A stretch of DNA of 64,000 bases from Zootoca vivipara (GCF_963506605.1 NC_083277.1:118420001-118484000); one strand, 5' to 3'; counted from the first letter of the stretch, positions 13,984 through 26,428 are shown. Notes: generated by a model not told the origin, from the letters alone. Numbers and translations are program-made.

Positions 13984-13985
<2 letters not shown>

Positions 13986-14304
13986 ATTGGGTCACAGTGA
14001 AGTGATTTGGGGGGGGGGGCACTGAAACAGTTCCTTGCCAAGGCCACAAAAGGACTCTAGTTACACCTCTGTGTAAGCATCAATTTCTCTATAGCACCAC
14101 AAACTATTATCTTGGCAGTTTGCATGGACAGGGCAGAAACTTGTGCCATGTGCTGCACCCCACATGGAGTGATTATTATGCTTAGAATTTTACTGCTGGT
14201 GCAGTAAAAATCCAGCCCCATCCTAAAAGCAGTAAAAGATCATCATTTGGTGGATCCCTACTATGCTGCCTTCTCTGAGCATGCTCAGTTACGCTCACCA
14301 GACA

Positions 14305-14520
14305 CAGGTAGGTAGCCATGTTGGTCTGAGTCGAAGCAAAATAAAAAAATTCCTTCAGTAGCACCTTAAAGACCAACTAAGTTTTTATTTTGGTATGATA
14401 CACTTGAAACAGAAGCACCCAGACCCGTATATATATTCAGAGGGTGGGGGGGGGTGATGGGAATGGGTGATGGGCTGTAAGAGTGGTAAACCTGTTGATG
14501 GCTGTTAACGACTGCTGATT
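14305..14520. mobile_element. Penelope/Neptune-like fragment
   Basis: caggtaggtagccatgttggtctg...cagtagcaccttaaagaccaactaag; the same motif recurs at ~56980-57160 and ~58790-58870. Confidence 0.6.
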
Positions 14521-14681
14521 ATTTGTTTTCACCACTCACTATCAAGGAAGGCAAGTGTAGAACCAACAAGGTCTTTTCTTCAGGCAGATCAAGATAACCA
14601 GGTGACAGCAAAAACTGCAAAATTTTTAGCAGGGGCAATTAGAATATGATATATTACTATTATTGATGAAAACCTCTAAAA

Positions 14682-14817
14682 CAGGCATCCCCAAACTGCG
14701 GCCCTCCAGATGTTTTGGCCTACAACTCCCATGATCCCTAGCTAACAGGACCAGTGGTCAGGGAAGATGGGAATTGTAGTCCAAAACATCTGGAGGGCCG
14801 AAGTTTGGGGATGCCTG
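14682..14817. mobile_element. hAT (Charlie-like) MITE, family A
   Basis: TIRs caggcatccccaaact / agtttggggatgcctg; 8-bp TSD ctctaaaa / ctctagaa. Confidence 0.9.
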
Positions 14818-14829
14818 CTCTAGAATGTT

Positions 14830-15048
14830 CAGTGGTACCTTAGTTTGCGAACACAATCCGTTCTGTGGAGGCGTTCGCTCGCCGAGGCATTCGCTCACCG
14901 AAGGAGCACTTCTGCGCACGCATGAACTGCGCAGATCGCATCTGCACATCCAACGCTGCGGAACCCGGATGTAAACACTTCCGGGTCCGCGGCGTTTGTA
15001 AACGGAGGTTTTCGTAAACGGAGGTAGTCGTAAACCAAGGTTCCACTG
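14830..15048. mobile_element. Tc1/mariner (pogo/Tigger-like) MITE
   Basis: Inverted termini cagtggtacctt...aaggttccactg followed by TA. Confidence 0.75.
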
Positions 15049-16049
15049 TATTTTGTATAGCTAAGCATTTATCTGTATCTTCGGTACACTGTATTTTATT
15101 TTATTGCTATGGCTAGTGGCTGATGCAAATAAAGATTCTTCCGATCTGATCTGAACCGACAGGGACTCAGTGTGTGTGAAACACACCATCCCTTCCAGAA
15201 CAAGCCACACAGAAGTGGCCTGAAACATGTTCCTGCATCCATGTGTGGGTAAAAAGAACTTTTTTTGTATTTGCCACGCACTTTGGCGCAAGGGTAGAAT
15301 AAGCTTCTGAGCTGCACAAGCCACCTTTACTCATTCAAGATCTTGCTCAAAAGCTTGCATGCACTTCCAGTCACAGAAGGCTGTTATGTAAAAAAAAAAC
15401 CATCACCTTGCCCTTGCCCAAGATTTCCTTCTTTTTTCTATTGCATTGCTTAGTGTTTGTATACCTGGAGGTATCTTGCAATTTACAAGATTGCACAGAT
15501 CCCCATGCTGATCCCTGCAGGTGTCATATCAAGCCTTGTGCAAAATCAGCAGCAAACCTGCTTTATAGATGGTACTACTGCTATTTGTTTCAAGTCAGGA
15601 ATTAGCATTTGTACAAAGCCTCTGCTTTCAAAGTGTTTTACATTTACTACCTGAATGAATATTACAAAAGTTCAGAATACAGATCCTAGACTGCTTACAG
15701 GGAAAGGGGCATGACAAGCACATTGTGGGGGTGCTTTTTCAGTTGCACTAGCTTCTGCTGCATTTCTGAGCCCAGTTTAAAGGGCTGCTCCTAACTTTCA
15801 AAGCTCTTTAAGGGGTCACAGTATGTGAAAGTGGCCAAACTCCACCAGTGTCTGTCCATATTGAGGTAGTGGGTGGCTACCAGGAAAAGGGCCTTTTCAG
15901 TGGTGACAATACCCCCCCCCCCCCAGTTTTGGAATGTTCTCCACAGCAAGGCTGCCAGGGAACAATATTCTTCACCCCAAACAGGTTTTTAAAGTTTTGT
16001 TTATCTGTTTTATATGGATACTGTCTTTATAGGATAGCTAGGTTACTTT

Positions 16050-16222
16050 CTGGGCTGACCCTGCGGCCAGGCCGGGTGGCACCAGGGTGCCGGGCCGCCA
16101 GGGGGGCACCACACAGCTGCACCCGCCTGCCGCCCGCCGTGCTGGGAAACGGGGCAGGGGGGCACCGGAGGGATCCGTCGCACCAGGGCACCAGGGCGCC
16201 AGATACACTTAAGACGGCCCTG
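16050..16222. mobile_element. GC-rich hAT MITE
   Basis: Perfect 8-bp TSD gttacttt (16042-16049, 16223-16230); imperfect TIRs ctgggctg / cggccctg. Confidence 0.8.
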
Positions 16223-17283
16223 GTTACTTTATACTTAAGGCATAATCACAATGGTGTATCTAAAGGGCAGAGTATAAATTTAAACAAGAGGTAGAGAACC
16301 TCCAGTCCATGGGACAATTTGGGACACCAGAGGGTCCAAGTTGGTCCACAAGGCCATTTCCCCCAAACCACAGGGTGCAATCAGCTGATGGGTGAGGGAC
16401 AGGGTTCAATCCTGTTGGGTGCCACTTTGCCAGAGTGTTCCCTGTGGGGAACACACTGGTGAAGTAGATCCCTCCCCCCACAAGTTAACTTTGACAGATG
16501 AGTTGGCCCACAAGAGTTGGTGGGGAGATAAAGATCAGGCCAACAAGGTACTCTACCCCTGATCTAAACAAACTAACAAGCACAGTTTGTAAGGTACCGT
16601 AGGCCTCGCTAGATAGCTACTTACACTGGAGTAAGCAGAGGCCAGAAAACTCCTTTTCTAGGAGAAACTGGTGCAAAAACAATGTGATCGTAGCATTGCT
16701 TGTCACTCTGAGGTTTCGTTGGGTTGTTTTAAGGAGAAAAGTAGTTGCTCTAAATAAGCAATGAAAATAAGTAAGTCAATAAATATCAAGAAAAGTGCAC
16801 TTGAATATTTGTGTGTGCATGTGTGAGAGAGAGATACAGAGAGAACATTATTCAAATGTGTTCATTTCCTATCTGTATTTGCCCATCTCTTTGTGTCTGA
16901 GGGTTGCCTTCTACGCAGGTTAGATACAAGAGTGTGTACTTTGCTGCACAGTGTTTATCTAAGCCCCTCGCTGTGGGTGCCTGTCTGCATTATTCATCTT
17001 CATGGGTGGCTGTGAGAAAGGCAAACTGCACAGCTTGCCCCCCCCACACACACACACATCCAATCTCCCTTGCAGGCCTTCTTCCACCAGCCCATCTATA
17101 AGTAAGATCTTAGGAACTCTGGTGGTTCTGTGGTTCATAGATTCCTGCTTATTAATTTATTTCATTTCATTAAAAACACTTCTCACCCCTCGCCTTTTCA
17201 ACACAGCAATCATCATGGCAGCTGACATAATAATTAAGAAATGCAATTTGAAAAACAGATATAAAACATTTTTATAAACATAC

Positions 17284-17695
17284 TGTCAGGGGACCTCCAT
17301 ACAGGGAGCCTCCCCCCATCTTGCTGACCAGCACTTTGCCCAGTGAGAGCAGCAGCAGCAGCGGGTCAGAGGGGAGGAGTGAGGAAGTTAGTGGGATGGA
17401 GGAGTCAGGGCTCGGCAATGTTAGAGAGCCCTTGCAACGCCCTGACCAACAGGTGTGGGGGAACAGGCAGCCCCTTCCGGCGTCCGAATTAACGTAAGGT
17501 CGGGAGGAGGCATTTCGGGGTGCCCAAACTCTTATGCTGGACACGCAATGGGAAACGTCCACTCCTGGATTCTACGACTGAGAGGTCATGTTTTCTGCTA
17601 TCTCTGCACTGTAAATACTATGCACAATAAAATTGTTAAAGACAGAGCGGAATTGGGCATCTTTACTCAAGAGTAGCCAAAACAGTACCATTACA
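17284..17695 (+). mobile_element. Solo LTR (Gypsy-like)
   Basis: TGT...ACA termini, 5-bp TSD catac (17279-17283, 17696-17700), AATAAA at 17626-17631. Confidence 0.85.
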
Positions 17696-17704
17696 CATAC
17701 ACAT

Positions 17705-17820
17705 TTTGTTGTTTAGTCGTTTAGTCGTGTCAGACTCTTCGTGACCCCATAGACCAGAGCACGCCAGGCACTCCTGCCTCCCGCAGTTTGGTCAAACTCA
17801 TGTTGGTCGCTTCGAGAACA
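17705..17820 (-). mobile_element. BovB extreme 3' fragment
   Basis: ttgttgtttagtcgtttagtcgtgtc...gaccagagcacgccaggcactcc matches the tails of the other BovB copies. Confidence 0.85.
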
Positions 17821-19068
17821 CTTTTTTCTTATAGCAAAATTCCAGCTTAAACTGAAGAAAGTAGGAAAAACCACTGGGCCAGTAAGATACAATCTAAATC
17901 AAATCCCTTATGAATACACAGTGGAAGTGAGGAACATACACATAAGGCTGGCCTTAAATAACAACTATATATATACACTGATAAAGTGGGAGCAGAACTA
18001 TGCAGCAGATAGAAATAATAGGGCAGGGACACAATTTCTATGCAATCAATCACCCACCAAACACTCATGCAATCAAAATATATTTTAAGTTGGTGCTAAA
18101 AGAAAGAGGAGTAAGCAACCAGCCTAATACTTCCAAGGAAGGCATTCCACAAGAGAAAATATCCTGCAGTTGGTAACCACCTGCCTCACTCCCCAAGGCA
18201 GGGGTACGCAGGGAGCAGGGTCTCAGATGGTGAACAGAGCAAACAGGCTGGTTCATACAGGAGAACAACCTCAGTCCTTGGATGTGTGGGTCTTTACAGA
18301 TCAACACCAGTAATTTACATGGAACCAACCAACAAACTGGAGGCAATTGAAGATCAGGGCAGGACTTGGTTGGGGGCAGAAGTCCAGGGCCCAACTCAGC
18401 AAAATGAGCAGGAGGGCCTCACCCCACCCCCAAACACAGCAGGGCTGACTTACTGCATCATCTAAAATGGAATCCCACCCACTCACCCACCCCACACACA
18501 TAGCCCACAGAAAACCATTAAGTCCAGAATCTAAAACTACCAAACTTACATGAGTGGTGAAGATATTTTTAAGATATTTAACATGATATTTTAAGATATT
18601 TAACAAGTCTCGTTTTATAACCTGCCCACTGCATTCTGAGCAACTTTAAATTTATGGAGCTTGCTATATCCAATACAATCCTGCAGCCATTTGCATGATG
18701 GCTGCAAAAGTTCCCCATGGCATGCATGTGTACCAACATATATTTTAAAGTATGACTTCTAGGTGCTACAAGTCATATTTTAAGCATGAATTGCATATGC
18801 TTAAATGTAGCCTAACACAATGTAGCCTTACACAATGAAGCTTAAGGTGTGGCCTTGGGAAAGTGATCCGATTTATATGGAAATGGCTGGAATGGTGACC
18901 ACGAGCACTCCACAACTGCAACAGTTTGTTGCAGGCACCATTTGTATGTACTAATAACAATGTGTTCACAATGTGCTGGTCCTTCTGTAGCCACACCAGT
19001 GGCATCCATGCACAAGCAGAAAATATTTTGAGGGATGCTGTTCTTTGGGGCGGAGGATGGAGCATGCT

Positions 19069-19281
19069 TAGGGTTGCCAGACTCAATAGTGGACAGGACT
19101 TCTGTGCCTTTAATTGCCCTGCTCACTTTTGAGTCTGGAAACCTTAAAGAGAAACCAGCAGACCCTTTGCTTGGAAATTAAACAAAGGGTCTGCTGGTTT
19201 CTCTTTAAGGTTTCCAGACTCAAGAGAGCAGGGCAATTAAAGGCACAGAAGTCCTGTCCACTATTGAGTCTGGCAACCCTA
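19069..19281. mobile_element. Fully palindromic hAT MITE
   Basis: TAGGGTTGCCA termini, arms about 100 bp and nearly perfectly complementary; 8-bp TSD agcatgct / aacatgct. Confidence 0.9.
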
Positions 19282-20094
19282 AACATGCTCTATAGGCTCA
19301 GAATGCTAAATGAATGTTTGGGATCAAGGTATTTTAAGCATGTGTTACCACCGAGAAGGTCTGGAGGTCCACATTGATGGGATAACATTAGCACTGCAAC
19401 TCTATTAAATACATTTTAATCCATCAATAGTATGCATTATGTTAAATTAAGGTCGATTAATCCATCAATTATATTTGTATGTATTAACATGTGGATAGTT
19501 TCTGAAGCAAGAACCACACTTTCTTTGTATTTAGACACAAATGCATATGCCAGCATCAGGCAGCATCTTAGAAGAGGCATTATCGTCTATGAAGGGGAGG
19601 GCATTCATAAGCACTTGTACTAAAAATGATAATGTGTTCATTAAAAACCCACTGTCCCTATTAATTGTGGCACCTTTAAAGTCAAATTGTATTTTATTTT
19701 TTAAGCAACTAAATGTTCTCGCTGAATACTTTGAACACTAAAAATTGATATATAAATATTTACCATCATCATACTGTGGGGAAGCACCCTGGGTAAAGGG
19801 GTTTATTTACATTGACCCTTGGAAAGGGACACACACACTGAGGTAGGAATTGGATCCATACTGACAGGTGTGGTGCCTCCCTCTTTTGCACCAGCCAAAA
19901 CAGGACGGAGTTAAACATCCCTCAATGAGGACCCCCCCCCTAATGCATATTGGATGTGCGCGGGATAAATGGCCCTCCTTGCAGTCCCTCCATCATCTCG
20001 GTGGGGCTTGGGAGGGGGTGCTTCTGCTTTACTCTCCGAGACCGTTCCCCCCCCCATGGATTTTCGGAGAGAGGTGTCCTGGGTCTCCTCACAC

Positions 20095-20184
20095 CATAGC
20101 TGCCAAGTTTTCGCTTTTCTCGCGAGGAAGCCTATTCAGCATAAGGGGAAATCCCTGTAAAAAAGGGATAACTTGACAGCTATG
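20095..20184. mobile_element. 90-bp hAT MITE, family B
   Basis: TIRs catagctgccaag / cttgacagctatg; perfect TSD cctcacac. Confidence 0.9.
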
Positions 20185-20296
20185 CCTCACACGCCTGTGG
20201 GAACCCCTCAAACGGTGCAGGGCTCTCCGCTCCCTCACCTGTGGAACAGGTGGCTGGTGATGGGGTGGAAGGAGGAGCCATGGAATATGGAGATAA

Positions 20297-20437
20297 AGAA
20301 TCATAGGATCGTGGACTTGGAAGGGAGGGACCACGAGGGTTATCTAGTCCACCCCTTGCAATGCAGGAATGCAATGTGGGGCTCGAACCAAGGCCCTGAA
20401 TGAAGTGTCTCCTGCTCTCAGCTTGAGTTATCAGACT
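20297..20437 (-). mobile_element. SINE with tRNA-Lys-like head and CR1-like tail
   Basis: Minus strand reads ...ggttcgagccccacattg...cattgcaaggggtggactaga...cctatgattc. Confidence 0.6.
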
Positions 20438-20544
20438 CAGTGTGACAAACGCACTGGCACAGGTAGCCCTCAAAAACCTGGGGTGCCCCAAGGTGTTGCT
20501 AGAAGTCATTCTTTTAAATGGCATCTCCACTCTTCAAACTGAAG

Positions 20545-20690
20545 GAAGGGGCTCCGTGGATGAGCGCCTGTTTTCCACGCAGGACGTGCCGCGTTCAATG
20601 CCCGGCTTCTCCGCATCGGGCTGGGAACGTCCCTTGCCTGAAACCCCGGAGAGAGCTGCTGGCTGCCTGTGTGGACAATACGGAGCCGGA
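20545..20690 (+). mobile_element. Squam3-like SINE embedded in the CpG island
   Basis: Collinear with the 7481-7670 copy (gggctgggaa...cctgaaaccccggagag...gtgtggacaata) but CpG-rich. Confidence 0.55.
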
Positions 20691-21180
20691 GGGGACACTT
20701 CCGTCCGGCTCGTTTACATCGCGTTGTCCGACGCGCGCTCGGCGCTGCACGTAAGAGGCGCCCGGACCGCAACCCAGACGGCCTCCCGCGAAGCCTCCCG
20801 CTAAGTGCCCGGCGCCCCTTACCTGCCCCCGTCCGGGGAAGTCCGCGCCACAGGAGGGCCAGCAAGCAGATCAGGCGCCTCGCCGGCTGTGCCATCTTCG
20901 CTCAGCGCCGGGATCGCACAGGGCGCTTCCCTGCTCCGCTCGCAGACTCCGCGGGGAGGCGCGCAGGCAGCGCTGCGTCCAGAGAGGGGAGGGAGAGACG
21001 CGCCGGCCCCGCCCCGCGCCGGCCCCGGATCGCGCCCGCTAGGCGCCCAGGCAGTCCCGGCGGGAGGAGACGCGAAGGGGCTTCCCAGAGCCGGACGCAG
21101 CGCGCTCCGCTGGGGGCTAAGAGGAGAGGAGCAGCTGCCCCAGAGTGGGGAAGGGAGCGTGCCCTGACTTTCCTCAGGAT
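20560..21180 (-). promoter_or_regulatory. CpG island / promoter of the minus-strand gene (COL5A3-like)
   Basis: Very high GC and CpG density, with GC boxes (ccccgcccc ~21007) upstream of the ATG at 20895. Confidence 0.85.
20823..20895 (-). CDS. COL5A3: First coding exon (signal peptide MAQPARRLICLLALLWRGLPRTGA), probably collagen type V alpha 3
   Basis: Kozak aagATGG; 24 codons plus 1 nt, then the donor CAG|GTAAGG (phase 1). The peptide resembles the human COL5A3 leader (QPRAGLCLLLAALQLLPGTQA), and COL5A3 is head-to-head with RDH8 in human. Exon 2 was not found in the window. Confidence 0.72.
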
Positions 21181-21185
21181 ACTCA

Positions 21186-21331
21186 NNNNNNNNNNNNNNN
21201 NNNNNNNNNNNNNNNNNNNNNNNNNNNNNNNNNNNNNNNNNNNNNNNNNNNNNNNNNNNNNNNNNNNNNNNNNNNNNNNNNNNNNNNNNNNNNNNNNNNN
21301 NNNNNNNNNNNNNNNNNNNNNNNNNNNNNNN
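21186..21331. other. Assembly gap (146 N)
   Basis: Run of n. Confidence 1.
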
Positions 21332-21454
21332 ACACACCTGAGAATTCTCACTTTATTATTAGTATCATTTATTGGATTTATATACTGCAGCTGGGTGGTG
21401 TTCAGATTGAGGCAAGCTATGTATTTATTGATAGAGGTCAGGCTGGCTCTAGAC

Positions 21455-21761
21455 CAGGCATGTCCAACAGGTAGATCATGATCTACCAGTAGATCACTGG
21501 ATGTCTGCAGTAGATCACTGGTAGATCACTGTCTTCCCCCAAAGAAGCTGAACAACTGTGGCGCCCGTAAAAAAAGCTCAACATTTTACCTCCTCCCTGA
21601 AAAAACTCAACAAGTTTGACCCGAACCCCCTCAAAATGGGCCTTCCACCTTCCTTAAAAAACTCAACAACTTCGACCTGAACTCCAAAAAAGGGGGTGGA
21701 TCACTGCCAGTTTTTTAACTCAGTGAGTAGATCGCAGTCTCTTGGGAGTTGGCCACCCCTG
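21455..21761 (+). mobile_element. hAT (Charlie-like) non-autonomous element, family C
   Basis: caggcatgtccaac...gttggccacccctg; perfect TSD ctctagac. Confidence 0.9.
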
Positions 21762-23406
21762 CTCTAGACTAAAGGGTGTCAGGTTGGGCATTTGCTAGGA
21801 CTGGAGGCTAGCAAAGGGCACGCCACTCCCCGAGCAGTGCTTGCATTCCCACTTAATAGCTGTCAACTTTCGGATATGAAAATAAGAGATCAGCAGCCTC
21901 ACCTGTCCCGGGGACAGTCTACGTATATCTAACAATCCAGGATAGCAGCGGGAAACGGCGCTGGAATAAAGGAATTTCCAGCACAAAAAAGGGGGAAGGT
22001 TGACAGCTGTGGCTTGGAATAAGAGAGTTTCCCACAAAAAAGGGAGGGTTGACAGAAACAGGAACATTCGCTGTGTGTGTGCGCGCGCGTGCGCGCCTGC
22101 TTCTTCCAGGTCAGGGTGGTGGTGGTGGTGGTGGTAAAGTTGAATGCCTTTATTGGGGGTGGGATACTGCAGATGGAGAAGGCTAGAAAAGCTCCTGGGA
22201 GCCCAGACATGTTAGGACGCAGGGCTAGGAAAGCTGGGGAATGAGAGCTATGCAATGCAGCCCTCTCCTCCTTATTCTGTTCCCTCAGGATGGGGCACCC
22301 AAAGGGAGATGCCAGCAAGAGGATTTGCAGCGTCAGGCAGTTTTCTAGTCAGGAAGCCTGTGCTGAGTTATGGGGCCTGAGCTCAGAAGCCATAGGGACC
22401 TCCTCTCCCTCCACCTACCCCACCTCTCAATCAACAACTCACAATGCTTCTTGGCTCCCTTCTATCCATCACAACTCCTAATATCGCGGTGTTGATGAAT
22501 ATGTTATCAAGTGATTTCATGCCATATCATTTCAGCTGCAGTAGCTCAGGGCAGTTGCAGCTCAGCCCTGCTCATATATCTTCGGCTCTGCTCATAATTC
22601 CTTTAAGGCAAACAAACATGGCACATAATCACACACAATCACTCTTGCATTGGCCTTAGTCCCAGCAGCGTCAGGGCAGAAGAAGAGTCCTGCTGGATCA
22701 GACCAACATTCAGTGCAGCATGCTCTTCAGGTGGCTTTAGAGAAACTCACAAGCAGGACGTGAGTGCACAAGGCATTGCATCACTGCTGCATTTGCCACA
22801 GGGTGAATGCGTCACCAATGCCCAATAAAACAGGGGCCCCTGTGGGAATAAGATTGTGAGATTAGAAGACCCCAGTAGGATTCCCACCACAGGCAGACCC
22901 TGCTCCTGTGTTTTTAAGCAGCAGTCTCCTAAAATAGAAATTTTGTACAGAAAGCTTTTCCCGCCAATTATTCCAGTTTCAGGTTTGCTTGATATCTACC
23001 GATCAGGCTACTCTTCGAGGCACAGGATCAGAGGGACATAGTGTCCCTTGAAGCCAAAGGGCTATCCTGCCCAATGTCCCTGTTGCCATACGGCCCAATC
23101 ACAAATTGCCTCTCTTCTGACCAGCGAGGGAGAGCATGTGCCCTAGATGGAGGGTTGCAACCAATCCCAGTTACTTCTGCTCTGATTTCCTGAGTGCATT
23201 TTCAGAATCCAGCAATGCGAGCAGCCCTGCAGGAGTCACTAAATATTTATTATTTAATTTTTATACCACTTAATATATTAAAAAGATATCTAAGGGGTGT
23301 ACAGAAAACAGAAGCAACAACAGACAACTTAAGCAATATATTACAAAAAATACATTGTTACATATAAAAATGTTACATTAATACAAAGTTACTAATTCAT
23401 ATAAAT

Positions 23407-23779
23407 CAGGGGTGGCCAACTTCCAAGAGACTGCAATCTACTCACAGAGTTTAAAAAGTTAAAAAACCCTTTTTGGGGTTCAGGTCAAAGTTGTGGAGTT
23501 TTTTTAGGAAGGAAAGCCCTGTTTGGGGGGGGGGTTCACATAAAATTTGTAAAAGAGCTTATCTAGGGAAGAAAGCGACGCTGAGCTTTTTTTAAGGAAG
23601 GAAAGCCCTGTTTTTTGTGGTTCAGGTCATTTTAGGGGTGCAGGGCAAAGATGTTGAGCTTTTTTAGGGCAGCCACAGTTGTTCAGCTTCTTTGGGGGGA
23701 GCAAGTGATCTACCAGTGATCTACTGCAGATGTCCAGGGATCTACTGGTAGATCACGATCTACCTGTTGGACATGCCTG
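23407..23779 (-). mobile_element. hAT family C copy, opposite orientation
   Basis: Reverse complement of the 21455 element; perfect TSD atataaat. Confidence 0.9.
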
Positions 23780-24986
23780 ATATAAATCAATAACAATTCA
23801 TTTTCCTTCTGACATACTCTCCCCTCAGCCTCTGGGTTCTCACCCAGAGTCCAGTCCAAACCAACTCGGCTCACCCACAGAAAGCTCACAATGAGAAGAG
23901 TTCCTAGACACAGTGGACATCACCCAAGTCTCTCACTCTAGACTTTTATGGGCAGGCCCAAGGTGGGTGGCCCTTCCTCAGGCTGCCCACAGCTGCATTA
24001 TCCACACACAGGTCTAGGTACAGCAGTTTGTTTTCAAGAGGGTTCAAAGGATGGGGAAAGGGCTGCCCTTCACTCACAGCTCTCTCTTCACCCTCTGTCC
24101 TCTCTTCCTCCTCCTCCTTCTCCAGCTCCAAAGATAGCCCAGGTAGTCTTTGCTGCTGCCGCTGCCAATTCTGCCAATGGTAGTTCATGTCAGGCAGCAG
24201 CTGTGGAAGCTGAGGCTCCGTTACTTGGGTCTCACCAAGGGGAAAGGCCTGCAAGGCAGGAAGCGGGTCTTCCAGGATTCACAGCCAAGATGGTATCTGC
24301 CATTGACAATAGAAATGCTGTGTTAAGTTCCCTGGCACGCTCTCTTAGTCTTTAGTCCAGTTTACCCTGTTGTCATTACATGTCGTGTTTTCCCAGCAGC
24401 AGGTGTACTGGGAGTAAGCAGGTACATGCTCCCTCGCCTTTCTCAGCCTGGGCAAAAAATGTCATATGGCTCCTTTATTTTTTTATTTTGTGCCGCCTAC
24501 CCTGATCAATACATCACAGCTGCCTGTTCGCTGCTTTCAGTCCTGTGATGAAACATGGACACACAAGCTTGACAAAGCTGCTTTCCTTCCCAGACAGAGG
24601 CCCCACTAAGCTCTTGCATGCAGAGGCAGCCATAAAGGCAGGGCCAGCAGGAAGACTGGGCTGGTTCCAACCTGGGGGCTGTGGGATGTTACTCCAGATA
24701 CAGCTGTAAATATTTGCTGGGAACTTAACAATCTGGGTCAACAATTTCAGAGCTGAGCCAGTGATTTCATACCATGAGGCAACAGGATGACTCAGTCTCA
24801 TTCTCCCACCCCCAAGGACTTGGGGGGGGGGGTTTGAGAAGGAAGGATGTATGCAAAGGAACAGCCACAACAAACCCTAGAGATAGGGCAAATCCACTTG
24901 CCCCCTCATCCCCTTCCCTCACGGTAAACTTATAGTCAAGTAGTCCCTTCTCAAAAATATGTGGGACTCTACATCTCTGTAGGATG

Positions 24987-25076
24987 CATAGCTGCCAAGT
25001 TTTCCCTTTTCTCGCGAGGAAGCCTATTCAGCATAAGGGAAAATCCCTTTAAAAAAGGGATAACTTGGCAGCTATG
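24987..25076. mobile_element. hAT MITE, family B
   Basis: Same TIRs as the 20095 copy; perfect TSD gtaggatg. Confidence 0.9.
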
Positions 25077-25519
25077 GTAGGATGGGAGGAAGGTCATCAA
25101 TGGAAAACAGGTTGCCTGGTGAAAGTGCTGGGGAAAATGTGGAGAGGCAACCCTAACATGGAAAGATGAGGTGGCCAGCTCAGACAGTGGATTTTGAGCA
25201 GCAGGCTATGCAGACTGAGAGGTCTGGCTGACTGGACACAGTCTGGGGTAGGATGAGACCTCCTGGTGTAGGGCAGTATATAAATTCAAAGGATGACGAT
25301 GGTGGTGATGATGTTTCCCCGCCAAAATGAGTGGAAAAGATGCAAAAGCAATGGGAAGAATTTCCCATGGGATTGTATACTATGCTGATTAGTGGGAGAT
25401 TGATGCCATACGGATTTTCTGCCCCAAACCCCAAAATATCTTCATTTGCAATCCCATTTTTCATAGTGAAAGACTATACCACCCATGATAATGAAAGTTG
25501 GCAGTCTAATTATTAATTA

Positions 25520-25638
25520 TTGAAGACTGTTTAGGGAAGTTTTTAATGTTTGATGCTGTACTGTTTTTAATATTCAGTTGGAAGCCGCCCAGAGTGGCTG
25601 GGGAAACCCAGACAGATGGACGGGGTATAAATAAATAA

Positions 25639-25680
<42 letters not shown>
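25520..25680 (+). mobile_element. L2 3' end with (TAT)n tail
   Basis: gaagccgcccagagtggctggggaaaccca...ggtataaataaataaat(tat)n, same as the end of the 10084 element. Confidence 0.8.
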
Positions 25681-26428
25681 TCTCAACGGAACAAATGTTA
25701 CAAGTGGATTTGTGCAACCAACAGAAGGTACATAGTGGCCCTGGAAACATCAGCCCTTGGCACACAGCTAGGACCTGCTTCTTTAATGAGATACAGTCAA
25801 AATGTGCCTTCATTTGGTTGGCCAAGGCCAAAGGAAGATACGGTAGCACCACCCACCTACAGAACACACTCCCCAGGGACTTTGTCATCCTTTTGGCACC
25901 AGGCAAAGACATTTCTGAATTCCTGGGAGTCTGAGCAGCACCAATGCTAGATGCTTTCATATTGATTATGTTTTTATTATGTTTATGAATCTTCTATTGT
26001 ACCACTGTGTTTTTTTCTGCTCTGGAGTGTCTGTTTGGGGAAGCAACACATAAATTCAAGAAACCAAACTCACTAGCCCTGCTGCATACAAATGCCAGGC
26101 AGTCTGGCAATTAGATCTTCCAGGTGATTGGACACCATCGCACATGGCTAGCTGAAGCGCAAACCATGTGAGAAGTCGCTTGGAGATCTGTAAAGTTATG
26201 TCCCAACATTGATGGTTATTATTAACTTTAAAGGAGGCTTAAGTTCATTTAAAGAGAAGGAAGAAGAGAAAGAGAGGAAAAAGGAAATGAATGGGTGGGT
26301 GGGTGTGAAGGGGGGCTGGGAGTGGGCATCATACTACAGGCTGGTAGTGAGTTAAAGTAGGGGTGGCGGCGGCAGCAAAAGGTCCTGTAACACCTTAGAA
26401 ATTAACCCATTTACCATAGCATGTGCAT

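Noticed and set aside
16095-16109. CTCF-like CCGCCAGGGGGGCAC in a MITE
   Set aside because: An extra G breaks the core spacing.
20370-20437. tRNA-like sequence (also ~53025-53075 and SINE heads)
   Set aside because: Degenerate and fused to a CR1-like tail: SINE heads, not tRNA genes.
20506-21481. Long ORFs across the CpG island and N gap (up to 270 aa)
   Set aside because: Artefacts of GC richness and Ns; only 20823-20895 is supported.
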